Translations under genes and position numbers: made by a program | From: Cercozoa sp. M6MM | Lineage: Eukaryota; Protista; Endomyxa: Ascetosporea | Strand: one strand, 5' to 3' | Assembly (NCBI GenBank): GCA_040357565.1 | Contig: JBDODJ010000047.1 | DNA length: 64,000 nt | The notes under the pieces: model-generated | What the model was told of the DNA's origin: nothing | The model's database searches: none | The model's input: only the letters and a program-made list of their open reading frames with translations | In this document: positions 49,796 to 63,954 of the stretch, in pieces | Layout: each line of letters opens with the position of its first letter | Position numbering within the stretch: position 1 is the stretch's first letter

Positions 49796-51099
49796 ATGTT
49801 TGTAGATATGTATACATATAGATGAGGTACAGGCAGCTGGACGACGACGATGCGCGGCGGCGTGTCACCGCAGTTGCTAAACCGCAACGAGCGCAACGAT
49901 ACGTCTGGGTCGACATGCGCGTGCACGTGAAACAGCACAACAGTGTCGACCTCACTGGCATCGACGTCAATAGTAACGTTTTCGATGATGTCGGAGTGAC
50001 TTTCGATTCGTTCCTGTGCCAGAGGAGTCTTTGGGTTGACCAGTGAGTTTCTCCATTCGACCTGTAGAAACGTGCAGCTCAAAACAAAGATAAGTGAGAA
50101 AAAAAACTGACCTCTTTCAGAATAGGATCCACGGAGACAATTCTTTGCCAAGAAGTGCACAGTGCTGCCCAAGCAGCGGTACGCGGAGTAGCACCGTCTC
50201 CCACCGACACTGCCATCTGTATCAGTGGCGTGTGACCGAAAGCACACTGGCTACACCAAGAAATGTGTGTGTAAAGTACCACACGTTTTTTATACTGCGG
50301 AATGTCCGTGTGCCGAAGCACAGCGGTGAGTGCACTCACTGACTGAAAAAGACGGGGGGGATGTGACACCAACAGGAGGAACAAGATGTGAGAGTGGATA
50401 CCTCAGTAAGTTCCTTGGCGTTAAAGATTCCTGTCGTCAGCAGCGACAGTACTGAGTTTGCATGGGCCTGCGCAAGCATGCCCATGTGTAACACATAAAG
50501 AAAGTTCCAGAAGTATCGAAAGTTACGGTGTCATCGACACGGGCGGCAGCGCGCGCTTGTCTCAGCAAAACATCGATTCCTCTCATCGACACGGGCAAAC
50601 GACTCCGTGAGTAGCCCTGCTTACCACAAAAACACGAGGCAGGGTGCAAGTTAAACACGTACAGAAAAATGGTACCGTTCCCTTCCGTCCAACCGCGTCT
50701 ACCTACGAACGAATATGCTGTCGAAATGCTCCATTGTAAGAAAACTAAACTGAAAGGGAAGCGCATGGTACGACAATGGTAGGTTTTTTGGGACTCCACA
50801 AGGCTGCCTTATGCCTTCGCTCTTCATCTTCGCTCACATAGGCTTCTTCTACCACCCGTATGGAAGATATAATATAAGCATCAACACAATACAAATGGTA
50901 GGGGAGGGGGTTAAGCAAGTACCAGACGAGGAAGACAGAACAGCGCGGTGACCGACCAGAGGCGACATGAAACGCACCGACGAAGAGTACAGCGTGCGTG
51001 CCCATTTCGTGAACTCTTCTGCGGGGGGGGGGGGGAGGGGAGGTAGTCAACGTGGTGGTGTGGCATTAAAGAACCTACACGTACCATGAGAGACGCCAT
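49100..51099 (-). CDS. Uncharacterised protein, possible methyltransferase-like fold (start approximate)
   Basis: Spliced motifs FNAKELTE.SVSA, VSVGDGATPRTAA, IVSVDP, HAHV, LPCC, YVD..VASAQRCV.LW. Confidence 0.6.
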
Positions 51100-51530
51100 G
51101 TGTCGGAGGGGACACCCAAGACCTTTCCTAAACCCCCGATAAGTAACAGCGAAGCCTGCGCCGTACAGTAACTACAGTAAAGCGTACGTTCGCAGCGATT
51201 CGCTCGAGCTGCCGCAATTTGAGCAACGAGCCGTGAAAATGTGCATAAGCGTCCCAGTCTACGCGACGGCGACTGTTCCAAAGACTGCGCAGAACATCCA
51301 GCCTATTGCGCATTAGTTTTAGTGTAGTAAATCGCTCGTGCGCGGGTGTCTGGGGCCAGAGAGCCCCGACTGCCGAAGGCCCGAATTACCTTCCGTGCCC
51401 TTAACTAATTTGTCGAAAAAGCCCCATCCTGTAGCATGCAGTTAAATACTTGGTTCACTCGATCGAAATCACAATCAAGTTGCATAATTTGTAATAAGGC
51501 ACAGAGCTTGCGATATAGCACAGCTGAAAA

Positions 51531-52658
51531 ATGGCGGCAGAAATTGGCGTGACGCTTTTCAAATGTTCTGCACCCGACGATTTGGTTGCACTGCTGGAGG
51601 CCGATGAAGATTTCGACGTCTCCATGTCTGAAAAAAGTACAGCTCTTTCCGATGACGGGAAACTTGGTGATCAATGAGGTGTATGCGCGCAGAAACCAAG
51701 CTGACTGGCCGGATAGCGGACACGGTGTTCCTGTGGGTCCCTGCGCCCAGTAGACTGACGTCTGAGCACTGTTTGAAGCTGTGCCAGTCACTCCAGAAAG
51801 AACCTGAACGTACGATTCACTCAAAACCTCTGTTTTCCCATCAGTTTGGTGTGTGTGTGCGTGTGTGTGTGTGCGTGTGTGTGCGTGTGTGTGTGTGTGC
51901 GTGTGTGTGTGCTTGTGTGCGTGCGTGTGTGTGTGTGTGTGTTGCAGGCTGCGTGTTTCTGAAGGAAGGCAATGCACATGGAGCTGAGCACGACCCAAAG
52001 CACGCGCGATTCTCGCTGCAGCAGTCCGATAAACCGGCCAAAGAGTATAGTTTTTCTTTTAACCATCTTTATACTCTTTTGTGTACCCTTGTGTGCTACT
52101 GTATCTTGGCACAGACGGAAGCAGGAGCGGCAGGCCGTTGCACAGACGGCGCAGCAAGAAGTTGCCGCCTTTGAACGCGTGCAGGAAATCTTCGTGGTGC
52201 AGCATGGCATCTCCGTTTTCCCTGTGCGGTCACTCGAACACCTAGCGGCTGCGATACGGGTAGAGTTTTGCCATGTGCACGCGAACCGAAACATATCGAA
52301 TTGGTGTGCATATTTGTCAGCAAATGGCTCTGACGAGAGCGCGCAAGAGTTTTTTGACGCAGCGATCGCCGCGCAAGACGCCTGTGAGGGAAAGACCACC
52401 TCTCGATATGCTGCCTGAGGACAAGGCTCGGGTAGCACTAGCGCGCGCGCTTGGACTGCCTGCGCGAAACGAGTCACTCCTGGAGTCGCTCTCGCTTGCA
52501 CAACTCCTCAATGGTACCCCAGACCATTTTGCTCTGGGTTCAAAGTAACGTGTCCATTGCTTGCAGAGGATGAACAAACGCTGCGATCACACGGCATCTC
52601 TGCCAGCGCCAGTCGACAAATCTACCGCAATGCACGCGGCGCTGACTTTGAGCGGTGA
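51531..52658 (+). CDS. Uncharacterised protein, possibly ERCC4/HhH-like (FAAP24/ERCC1-type)
   Basis: Clean GT-AG gene model; C-terminal SLAQLLNEDEQTLRSHGISASASRQIY resembles a helix-hairpin-helix. Confidence 0.45.
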
Positions 52659-52899
52659 CGCCACAGAGATCGATCTCTGCCCTGAAGAGACAGTCGAGTC
52701 AATGTACTGTCAGTGCAGTCGTCGTAACATCATTTGCAATTTGATTAGGGTCACCAAAATTCTCCCTGCATACTATTGTATCGTATATGTGCAATCAATG
52801 AACGGAACTAACTGACTGCACGCGAAGTCAGTCATCCGTCAAATTCGCTGATTAGTACTAAAATTTACCGACACGATAATCGAATAATATTAAACTGAA

Positions 52900-53408
52900 C
52901 TTCAGACTCAGTAGTCTCACGCAGGCGACGCACCAGCCACGCACGACTTGGAATACTGCGATTCACTTTTTTCGACTAGGACTTCCCTCTGAATTGGAGG
53001 AGCACGGGGGCGTCAACGGAATCTGCGTAGGTATGCAATCAATCATGTGTACAGTATGGGATTTAGTGAATTAACAGCGCCTTATTGCACAATCACTGTG
53101 ATACAGTGGTGTAACAAAATTGACTGGGACATGGTTAACTTATTTACCGTCACGGTAGCTGGCATACGCATCGGAACTTCTTCAATTATACTGACGCGTG
53201 GTTCCTAATAAAACGCGTGATCAGTGATTTTGATTAGCTCCGTACCGATGGTACTGGCACAAGGTGGAAGCAAGCTTGAAGGGATATATACCGCCGCGGA
53301 GACAGTACGAACTGGGCCTGTAGAGATTCTTGGTTCCATGAGAGTGACATCGGCGGTGACACAGAACGCTGCATGAATAAGAGCAAGTAAGCCTGCGAAG
53401 CAACGCAT
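52900..53408 (-). CDS. Possible small secreted protein (3' end unknown)
   Basis: MRCFAGLLALIHAAFCVTA looks like a signal peptide; plausible downstream exons. Confidence 0.3.
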
Positions 53409-53615
53409 TGTAGGAGCTGTCTGGGTTTATACGTATCTCTAACCCTTGCGTTACTCAGCTGACTCTGTCAGTTGTTTTCAGGCATGCACGTGGATGTCCG
53501 AAAGGAGACCACGCCAAGCCGCAGTCTTCAACCTCGACGATAAACCGAAATAGTTCTACCTTACCAACACTGTAGTTGTTAGCTGCGTTTTTAGTGGACA
53601 CCCCCGTGTGTGGCG

Positions 53616-54762
53616 ATGGCACAGTTTCCCGAACTGCCCTCAGTGACGTCAGAGGCGCTGAGCAACGCACAGCCATGCGTGTTTCGAAATCAGTTTGTTA
53701 AGCGTCCTGTTGAGCGCGAAAGCGAAAGCTTGTGCAACGAAATCGACCGCGCTGAGAGTAAATCCACTGCCACTCTGCACATTCACTATCGCTGTTGGTT
53801 GCACAGTGCGCTTCGAACGGTTTGTACCCTTCTTTCGTGCAGCATTTGGACTCACCGACGTATGATACCTCTTCTATCAGAGACTGGAGGTTAAAATTTA
53901 CAACGTGCCCTCGTGCAGGAGGCAAACATTGAGTCACCTTTGGTTCCAATAACAGAATTCGCTGGTACCTGTCGGGACGTTCACGGTATGTTGTACCATT
54001 CACAAGCTTTCTGCTACCTGAAAATACCTGTAAATAAGTATATGATCTTTGTCGATCGTTCTCTTCAAATCCCTCTACCTAAATTTACATGTAAATTAGG
54101 CACGTCATGTAGACAGGTGGAAATCCTTTTAAAGTGCGACCACATGCTTCCTGTGTGTGGAAGCATCAAGGCACGCGGTGGCATGCATGAAGGTACAACA
54201 TATTGGCATAACAACGGATCAAGAGAAGCGTGATAATTTACTTCAACTACAGTGCTCTGGTTGGCGGAAAAAAGGGCGGTTGAGGCGGGAATTCGACTAC
54301 CCAACACTGCTTCCGACGGCGTCGGCGGCCAGCGCGATCCCGATGATAGTTTCGACTACGTTCGCTTCCACAACGACCCGTACCCTTTCGCTGTAAAGTG
54401 CACCCTTAGTTGGTTAAGCGAGATACTCGCTTGAGTAGAACGGTTCGTCGAGCAATGCAGACTGTCTCTGTCGCAGTTGCCAGCACTGGCAATCTCGCAC
54501 TTTCGGTACGATTACATAACACTTCGAACTGGATTGACAGCTTTTCATATAATATTTACATAGGTGGGCATGTGCGCTGCAGCACTTGGGATGCGCGCAT
54601 CCGCTTTTGTGTCTTCCGAGGTCACTCTCTTTGCCCGTAGGGGATACATAGTGTTACATGATTAATGTGAGTTGTGAACAGGCAGCTGAGTGGAAAGTGG
54701 AGAAACTTCAGTCGGCAGGTGTCACCGTCGTTCGAGTGCTTGGCGATTACTGTTCGTTTTCG

Positions 54763-54861
<99 letters not shown>

Positions 54862-56172
54862 GCACTACAGCAAATTAAGCAAACACAAAGACAGGTGATG
54901 CACTCGAGGCGGCACGACATTATTGTGAGGAAACCGCCGCACACTTTGTTGATGACGAACACTCTGCTCTGCTCTTTGCTGGTACCGTATCAGTAAGCTA
55001 AATTTTACTGGTTCGGGGACTTGAGGGAGTGAACTGTCCTGTTCATAGGATATGCCGTCGCGATTCGCCGCCTGCAGAAGCAGCTGGTCGCTTGCGGCAT
55101 CGACGTAAACAAGCGTGACTTGGTTGTCTACATACCTTGTGGAGTCGGTGGTGCCCCAAGTGGACTGACGTTCGAGTTGAAGCGGCGCTTTCCCCGGTGA
55201 GCACTCTCTTTTACATTCGTGCGTGCTGGCAGGAAGTTATTCTATATACATACACACATATGTTTGCGTAGTAGGGCATATATAGTGTGCGCTTATGTGT
55301 GTATGTGTTTAATTTATACAAACACACGGCATCTTAGGGTCACATGCATATGGTGCGAGCCTGTGCAAATGCCATGTTGTGCCCTTGCATCCTGCTTCCG
55401 CGATTGTACGACTTGCATATCCTTCCTACGACCAACGGATGTACCGTATCGATAGATATTCCGAACGTGCGTGCGATCGGTTTGGCAACTGTTCCGACCG
55501 TGGCTGATGGACTTGCTGTTGCACGAGCTTCGCCCTTAGCCACTCAGGGTACCTATAAATTTGCCTACCGTCTTCTGTTCCTTTACAGTGGCACACACAC
55601 ACATACTGTGCGATCAGCGTGCATCCACACGGGCAAAGTCGCAGCTTTCACGACGCACACGGATGCGCAGTTGCTGCACGAGCTGTCGCTGTTTCGCCGA
55701 CTGCGGCACAATGACGTTGTTTCAAAAATCGAGCCTTCCGGTAAATTTAACTCTACTGTAGTTTCTTTCAGTCACAACCCAGTCCCGTCCCCTGGGGAAA
55801 GGACTGAAGTGTTCTGGTGCAGCAATGTCGGCTTTCTCGGCATTTCGAATGTTGCTTCGTCGCTGCAGTGTCAGTGTACAAACTTCACTTACTCTTTGTC
55901 TAACTATCCCAGGTGACACTATCGTTAAAATCGCTAAATGTATCACGTGCAGGATGACATCGGTGGCGCTGTTCACGTTTTGTGGTGCTCAATAAAAATC
56001 ATACCCTATTGAAGCCATGCTGCCGCAGCATTCTCGTGTGTGCAGGGCGACTGGAGGAAGCAGCGTTCCCGACGACGTTATGCAACGTTTCGTCGAGCTC
56101 GGACTGACCCACCCCACTTCATGCGATTCACCGGCACCATCGGCGTCAGGTTCCGTTTCACCAACCGCATAG
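53616..56172 (+). CDS. dsdA: D-serine ammonia-lyase of the bacterial DsdA type (PLP fold II), spliced
   Basis: [81 protein letters not shown]. Confidence 0.9.
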
Positions 56173-56372
56173 ATTAGGACCTAAATGCTGCTGTGTTGCC
56201 GTTAACGTAATAAGTTGGTCGGGTTACGTTAGTTTGAAACTTGCTATCTTTGTATTAGGTACCGGGTACCGATCAACATGAAATCTACTTCAGTTGTTGG
56301 CTATCGGCTCATCATTCATACCCAACGATCCAGTCAAATTCCACTATTCCCACGACGATTAACGCGAAACCG

Positions 56373-57787
56373 CTACAGCGCTTTCATAAAACCACGTAGC
56401 TCTTCAAAGTAGTCCTGCGAAATATCCGCAGTAAAACGTAAACAGACATCCTTTCAGTTACGGCAGAAGCGAAAAAGATGTTTGACACCTTTGCCAGCGT
56501 GCCTTCGACGCCGTTATGCGAGGCCTGCACGAGCAAGAGTTTGTGGAGATTCGGCGTCTTCTCAGCCACTGCAAGTGCCAGTCAAATCACTCGACACGCA
56601 AATAACATACGGCATAGGTAAAATTTAGTGTTTGGTTACACTTCTCGGCATGCTCGAAGGGAATGACGTTATCTTTTTTACCGTGCACAATCATCACGGG
56701 GCACTGAAAGTCCAAACAACAACAGATGATAGACTCTAGTCGAAACAACCTGAGTTCACTGTACCTCAACGTTCTCGATCATGTCGGTGCAACGCAGGAT
56801 GTCACCAGGCAGCGAAAGTGGCATGTCACCCAGCACGACACGAAAAGCTGACAGCATAGGCGACTGCAGCACGACACCCTTCACCTTGAACTTGCTGTGT
56901 GCACGAATAGAGTGCTCCTTCATTTCCAATCTCACAAGCATCTTTGTACCTGTTGCCAGCGAGCATACAAGCGACAGCACTGCCCAGGGATCGGCCCATG
57001 ACGACAACGTTTTCCGACTCGATACTGTCTAGTGCACCCCTCGCATCTAGGACACAGCAAACCTCATGCTAAGTGGCTTGGTCGCACTTACACATTGTAG
57101 TAGCACGTACCATCATACAACGTGCGTTCTGAAGGTGCCTCATTCGCAGAGTGGCCATAGCTATTAACAGGGTATATTAACCGCATCGCAGAGTTCATGA
57201 TGATACAACAAACCCGGGACACAGAGAATTTACAGTACCCGGCAGGATCAAAAGCAGCACCATGGCACCGCAATTCGCGGCACAGCTGGCGCAGCCACCT
57301 GTGTGCCAAGAGTACGCTTGTTTGCGATCTTGCTAGTGCGCGAAAGGTACCTCTCGCAGCTCCCCAAATCCTCAGCATTGCCATGTGCAAAGAACCTGCT
57401 CCAGATTTTCAAACAAGGGTGGTCGAGTGTTCGAACTAGGCAGTAATTGTAGTACAGAGTAGGCGCATCCGCTGCTGCTTCCTCGTTTCGCACTTGCAGC
57501 ATCGCCACCTGTCGGCGCTTGTCTCCTGCAGGGCAATAAATGCATCAATACCCACTATGCCGGACACAGTAGACAAACATGCCAGACAAGACATGTCGGT
57601 GATCACGCGTCATGCCGTATCCAACTCGCGGCGGTTTGAACACCATTGCGCTCATCTAGGAAGGAAAATGTCATTTCTTGAACAGGCTAGAAGATCAATA
57701 TATATAAAAAACAACCATTGACTTCGGCACTGAACGAGCTGGCATGCCCAACGCATGGGCAAGAAGCCTCGGCACTAACATCGCCAT
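56373..57787 (-). CDS. ABHD17-like alpha/beta hydrolase (depalmitoylase family)
   Basis: FKPP, HGNAEDLG, GYGHS...PSE, GRSLGS nucleophile, VHGKKDNVIPFEH, ASHN. Confidence 0.85.
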
Positions 57788-58063
57788 TTTTCAGCGTACC
57801 AAAAAATGTCCCGCTGAAATCCTGTCAATATTCCCCTGCGAGCCCTTGGTTTTGGGTCAGCTATCCAAGGGTCGAATTTCCTCTATGCAAATGTGTTTTA
57901 AACTCGTTAAAGTGTGTTTTGCGCACCATAACGCAAGCCTCCAGGTTTTGTTTTGACGTGCGGTGCGCGTTTACGGTTTTCGGACATTCTCCTATGTTGT
58001 CATTGCTTCGAGGTCGATACAATACGGGATGGCAGTGCTAGTGACCGTCACCATCTTTTTGGA

Positions 58064-60544
58064 ATGCAGAGTGTCCAGTCACCGCAAAAGGTATTCCAGT
58101 ATTTAGGCGCGACTGTTATGTTCAGTCGCTTTGTCGATGTCGATACTGAAATGAATGTGTGCAGTACGACGCAGTTCAACTGTCGACATGGAAGGTGTTG
58201 TCGCGCTTCGACCAGTCGACGATCTGGCCGCAAGTTCGATGGCCTTTGGCGCTGTCTCTGCTGTGGAACGCTGTATTGCTATCGCTGCGTGTCACTCTTT
58301 TACCTGCCGTTTTGAGCGACTTGCCGCATAACTTTACACCGTACCTACTAGCACTTTTCTCAGTCCATACTATCTCCGATACCTTGTATGATGAACTTCC
58401 CTTGTCGCACAGCTCGGTGACACTAACGGCCTCATTGACGTTTTTTCTGCTCGCATTTTACACGAACATTGCCTACACTCGCTTCTGGGAGTATATTTAC
58501 CTTGCACTAAATGAAATGTCCCTACTGACGTCCTCCCAATCTCTTGCGAAAATTACAGACTCTGGCGAACAACGCGACTGCTGCGAGTGACTGCGACCAC
58601 GACAATGAGGAGCATTGTACCAAAAACTCAACATATCCAGATGTAAAGTGTTCAGTCGAGTTGATTGGTCGTTGTGCAGGTCGCTTTGACGAGGGACTGC
58701 GCGCTGCACACTGTGATGAGTTTGTCACACGATGGCGAAAACGAGTGGGCAGCCTTACTGGGAGTAATTTACCTTAAGCCACTCTCAGCCTATATCTGTG
58801 TTGTAGCGATGAACCACCGCTATCTGTATGGCAGGATGAAGAGACAGAAGTGAGTGTCAGTATCGATGAACTACAGTCATCACCCGCAGACGAAAAGGAA
58901 CCCGAAACGCCACTGCTTTTTGAGGTCGCTGGTGGCGAGACCCCCGTCGTACAAGAGGGGAGTGACGACGGCGACGAAGACACGCATTTCCACGCGTGTT
59001 GTGCGCGTTTGCTCAACCTTACGTTGCACACTATATTCTTGTGTAAGTTGCTGTCGTTTCTGACTGTACAAGCAGTGTCGACTGTCGACTTGGATTAATT
59101 GTGTCTTCCCTTGTCTTGCGCTAGCGCTAAGCGAAGTGTGCGACTCTGAAGTGTTCACACATGTGGTATATTCGTGTCCCTAAGTTTGAATTATAGGACA
59201 ATCACAAACAGATAATACAAATCAAGTGTATGTCATTTAGGTGAGCATGCGGTTGGCCTCTCCTGCCGAAGCACGCGCGATTGTTCGTATTCCATCAGAC
59301 TGTCGTTATTTACTGCCGTACCACTACAGCAGTGATTCCTGATACACACCAAGAAGATGTCGATTTTCCATAGATTGAACTGGTTGGCTGAACTTCTCGC
59401 GCGTGTTGGGCCGCAGCTTAGCTGGCATCAGGTAGTATGAGTTTGGGTTCCTTGCATCAGATATATGTATCGATATGTATATTCTCAACCAGGACCACTA
59501 CGGCATTCGAACCGTGTCCACCAGCGCAACCAGCGGTTTTGCTAGTGCTGCACAAACCTTGTCGGACCATCGCGACCTGCCAATTCCGTAGGATTCACAG
59601 TCTCCGATTGTACAGCATATATTGGGTGCTTTGAATTCTGACACTGAGTTTTGGCAGGTTTGCCTACTTTCACGTGCTCACCGTGCTCGTTGTGACACAT
59701 GCAATACTCGTGGTTCCCGTGTTTGTCGCCGAGTCGCCTTTGTTCTCCTTCTTCCTCACTGCTCTGTACCCATCTATCTATGTTTCTCTAGCTTCACTGA
59801 CACATACTCAATTAATAATCCTAATGCAACAGGTTCGTCACGGCAACGTTTGGACTGCGCGCCATGTCGGCCACGTTTGTGAATCCGCATTCCAGCGGTT
59901 CCGCCGGCGTACTCATCAATGTGGTCAAGTTCTTAGCCGACACGGGAGTGCAAGTGGACGCAGTCTCTGACTCGAGTGGTATCCCTCCGCCCTCCCCTCA
60001 GGTGTAAGTTCATTTCTGAGTACTTGTACAGCAAGGTTAAACGCCGTGTGGTGTCCGGAATCTAGCGACACATGTATCCTCACCTGTTTGTATTTTCATA
60101 TTTCCTATTTTTGCCTTTTAGACAATGTACAGCAAACACTTACGCCAGAGGAGTTCCTGCAGTGCTTGCGACAAGAGGACGCATTCGAACTCACAGGGCG
60201 CACTCCTTCCGTACTCGAAACCTGAGTCGACTACATTTGCTATTATTTGTGCACTCCTGTCTATGTCTAGCCTTCAAAAAAGCGACAAGGCATGGAACAA
60301 TTGCGACGCCGCTTGGCACGGCAGCCAAGGTTATGGCGCTGCTTCAAGCCTGGCGAAAAGTACCACCAACCACATACTTGCTCGACTGACTGACCATGCA
60401 TCCTTTGATACGATTCTGCGTAGTGTGGTCGCGCTGGAGAAACGTTTCCATCGCCGTCGCAAGCGAAGAATGTCGCGCAAAAAGCAAAGGCGCCGCTCGC
60501 GCAACTTCAAGTCGCCCACGGCTATGCAGCAGATACGCGAGTGA
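58064..60544 (+). CDS. Bestrophin-family anion channel (YneE/VCCN-like; start approximate)
   Basis: FFLLAFYTNIAYTRFWE; later PIP..YFH and TM segments. Confidence 0.65.
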
Positions 60545-60875
60545 TCGTCAGTGACGTTGCTCCGACCGGGTTTTGCGTCAAAGTAAACGGAGCTGTAGAC
60601 AATCGTCCGGCGGGGGGGGGGGGGGGGCCTTTTAACACCCCCTTCCCTCGACGGCAGCAGATGCTTACTTGCAGAAGTGGATATGACTACAAACAGCTTG
60701 AGATTCTGATCATGAGCGAGTCCGGTCAGTCTGCAACCACAATTATCATCGCGTATCAACTGAAGTTGTCGTTCGACTTGCGTTGGTTGCGTTGTAATTG
60801 GACTCGACCGAAAACCAAATTGAAATACGATAAACCAAATAAAAATAAATGAGCAGCACTAAATGTACTTGTTGC

Positions 60876-61024
60876 TCAACTGCTCGTGCTTGGCTGCGAG
60901 TCAGAAGCGGCGCGTCGCGCGGCCTCCTGTCGCTGGCGAATGAAGGCGAGTCGCTTCTCGTGCAGTTCCTTGAACTTGTTCATCAGAGCAACCGCCTTGG
61001 GTACGTCTTGCTCCACGCCCATGC

Positions 61025-61101
<77 letters not shown>

Positions 61102-61660
61102 ATGGGTAGGATACTCACAGGGGGGAGGGTACCCTTGCCGTAGCACATAGCCAGGACACGCATGGCGTCGATCTGGCCCTGCTCAACGGCGTGCTGTAGC
61201 CACTGCACGGCACGCGACTCGTCCTTCTTGATACCTGTGTCCGCGCGTACACACACGCGTCCACGCGGAACGGAAATTGGGAGGGGTACCCTTGCCGTGC
61301 AGGAGTTTCATGGCGAGGTTCAGCATGGCCGTAGGGTCGCCCTGCATGGCGGCCTTCTCGAACCACAGAGCGGCATCCGAGGGTTTCTCTGTCCAATTTA
61401 GTGCACATATAGGTAATAGACTGGTCCAAATGTACTTGTACTGTCCATGCATGGCACATGTGTACGGTACAAACGTACTCTGCTGCTCGTAGAGAATTGC
61501 GAGTTGGAACTGCGACTCGGCGTCGCCTTTGTTGGCTGCCTGTATTTTGGGCACCTGTTTTAACCCCTTACCCCCTTTACCCCTGGTACCTTGCGGAAGA
61601 GTTCCTGAGCAGCAGCAGTGTCCTTGGGCACGCCGTTGCCTGTGTGTGTAGGACCATGTG

Positions 61661-61716
<56 letters not shown>

Positions 61717-63104
61717 CATGCAGATGCATGCCGGCCAGGTAGCACTGTGCTTTGGTGTGACCTGCGTCGGCCGCCTGACGCAGCCATTCCGCCGCTGCCT
61801 CCGGGTCGCTCTGTGCTTCTGCAAAGTTAGCCCCTCCCTTTACCCCCTGTTAACCGCCCTGATACCTTGCCATTGGTGGCAAGTCCACTGCCGAGTGCCA
61901 TGCCGAGGTTGAACTGTGCATTGGCGTCGCCCTATAGACAGAGACAAGGTGACATGAGCATCAGAAACCACGCCCGGTCATTGTTCTACCTGGTCTGCAG
62001 CCGCGCGGAAGAGCTCCAGCGCACGCGGCAGATTGGCGTCGCCGCCCTGTACAGTACAATCAGTACAGTACAGTCAATACCTGCCCTCTGTGTGTATGCG
62101 TGTGTGCGCGTGGTGTGTGTGTGTGTGTGTGTGTGTGTGGGACAGGAACAGACTCACCTCGCCCTTGGCCAGCATGATGCCGAATCTACACTGACCTTCC
62201 GGCAGGTTCTACAGCAGGGGGTAAAGAGATGGGGGGGGGGGGGGTAAACTGCCAACCTGCTCAGCGGCAGCTTGGAACAGAGTTCGTGCCTTCTCGTGTC
62301 TCTGCGAAAATAGTGTCATAGGAGTAATGGGGGGTGAGGTAAGGGGGCAAGGGTGTACCTCAGGCACACCGTCGCCAGTGTAGTACATGAGACCCAGGTT
62401 GTACTGTGCCTGTGCATGACCCTGTTCGGCAGCACGTCGGTATAACAGTGCAGCGGCCTTGTTGTTGGCACTGCTGTCGCTCTTGTCCTTGGCCTTTGTC
62501 GAGTCACGATGCACCATGACTGTAGGGGTGTAGGAGGGGGGGGGGTAAGGACACATGAGGCAGGGTACAAGGGAGCATGACACATAGGTACACTACCACC
62601 AAGCTTGAACTGTCCATCGGCGTGCTCGCGATCCGAAGCGATCTGTACCACACACGCTCAATAAAAAAGCAAGTCTCGGAGACAAGCAGCTACCTGGAAG
62701 CACTGCCGTGCCTTGGACTGCAAGAAGAGAATCCTCTGCGCGTGTGTCTTGTCGTCCTCGTCGGCATTCCTCTGCGCACACCCAGCGCACTTTGTGTTCA
62801 CTCTTCTGTGGTACCACTTGGTGATACCACCTGGTGGTGCCTACCAGGTGGTACTACTTGTAGCCAAGAAAACAGAAGCTACCACAGCAATGAGTCGGAC
62901 CAAGTGATCGCCCAGACTCACCAAGGCATCCGTGTCCGCGTCGTCGACAGCACGCGCCTTCAATGCCACTGCCTCTGCCTACAGTGCGTGGCTCAATGGG
63001 CATCAAAGTAAAGAAAGAGAAGCTATGCTAAGAGGTACTGGGTAGTCCTCTTCCGTCAGGAAGTCGAGGAAACTCAACTCATGCGCTCCTGTGCACGTGG
63101 GCAT
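60876..63104 (-). CDS. Sel1-like repeat protein with an N-terminal hydrophobic segment (start approximate)
   Basis: Repeated AAEQGHAQAQYNLGLMYYTGDGV-type units. Confidence 0.85.
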
Positions 63105-63382
63105 TGTGACCAACCGACATTGAATGCATCAACAAACTGCACCTTCGACCTTGAGTTCTTCGAACTGAGCTGACACCTCATCAACACTTGACATTGGGGC
63201 ACCCACAGACACTACAACTCACGCCGTGAAGTGCCTGTTTTCTCTGACTCATTTTCTTCAGTTTTTTTTGTCATTGTTCAGCACGAAATATGCAACGTTC
63301 CGTTGTGTTCGTATGTGCGAGTGTAGAATCGGTGCTGTTGGAGTAAGTGGGCTCTGAATTAGCCTCCAGCGATCGGGCAATA

Positions 63383-63910
63383 ATGCCAGCTTTCACGTGC
63401 TCATTCTGCTCGGCGCCTTTCGAGGAGCGCGCCGAGTACATGGGCCACCTGCGCGAGCACATGAAGAAGCGAGCGCAATCCAAAGAGTCGGAGCCAAAGA
63501 GAGCCGAAGCTGCGCAACGGACGTTCCTGGTGTGGCAGTGCGACAAGTGCGAGGCAGGCTTTGGGCAGAAGCACGAGCTCGACGCGCACCGCGTCGCGCA
63601 GCATGACTTTGTGCCGCACGCGCAGAAGCTTGCGCGACGACACGTTGTGGCTGACTCGAGCATTCGCTTCCGCGCGGAGGACATTGGACTGGGCGCCGAG
63701 ACGCAGCGGCGGCAGGAGGAGCAGCGGCGGCGCGAGGAGCGACGCCGGCAGCAGCTCAAGCGGCGCGGGAAGCTCGAATTCTCTCTCGAGCAGCTCGACG
63801 TGCTGCGGCGGGAACTGCGCTGTTTTCGGAGTGTCGTGCCGTCGCTTGAGCAGTGCGAACGCATCCGACAGCTGCTGCCACGGGATGACTTTGACGTTCC
63901 TGCTGCCGAT
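63383..63910 (+). CDS. C2H2 zinc-finger protein, 3' part beyond the window
   Basis: CSFC...F.....YMGHLREH and CDKC...F.....LDAHRVAQH; GT donor at 63911. Confidence 0.75.
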
Positions 63911-63953
63911 GTGGGCTCTTGTTTTTTTTTTATTTATTGCTGTGTGTATTCTT

Positions 63954-63954
<1 letters not shown>

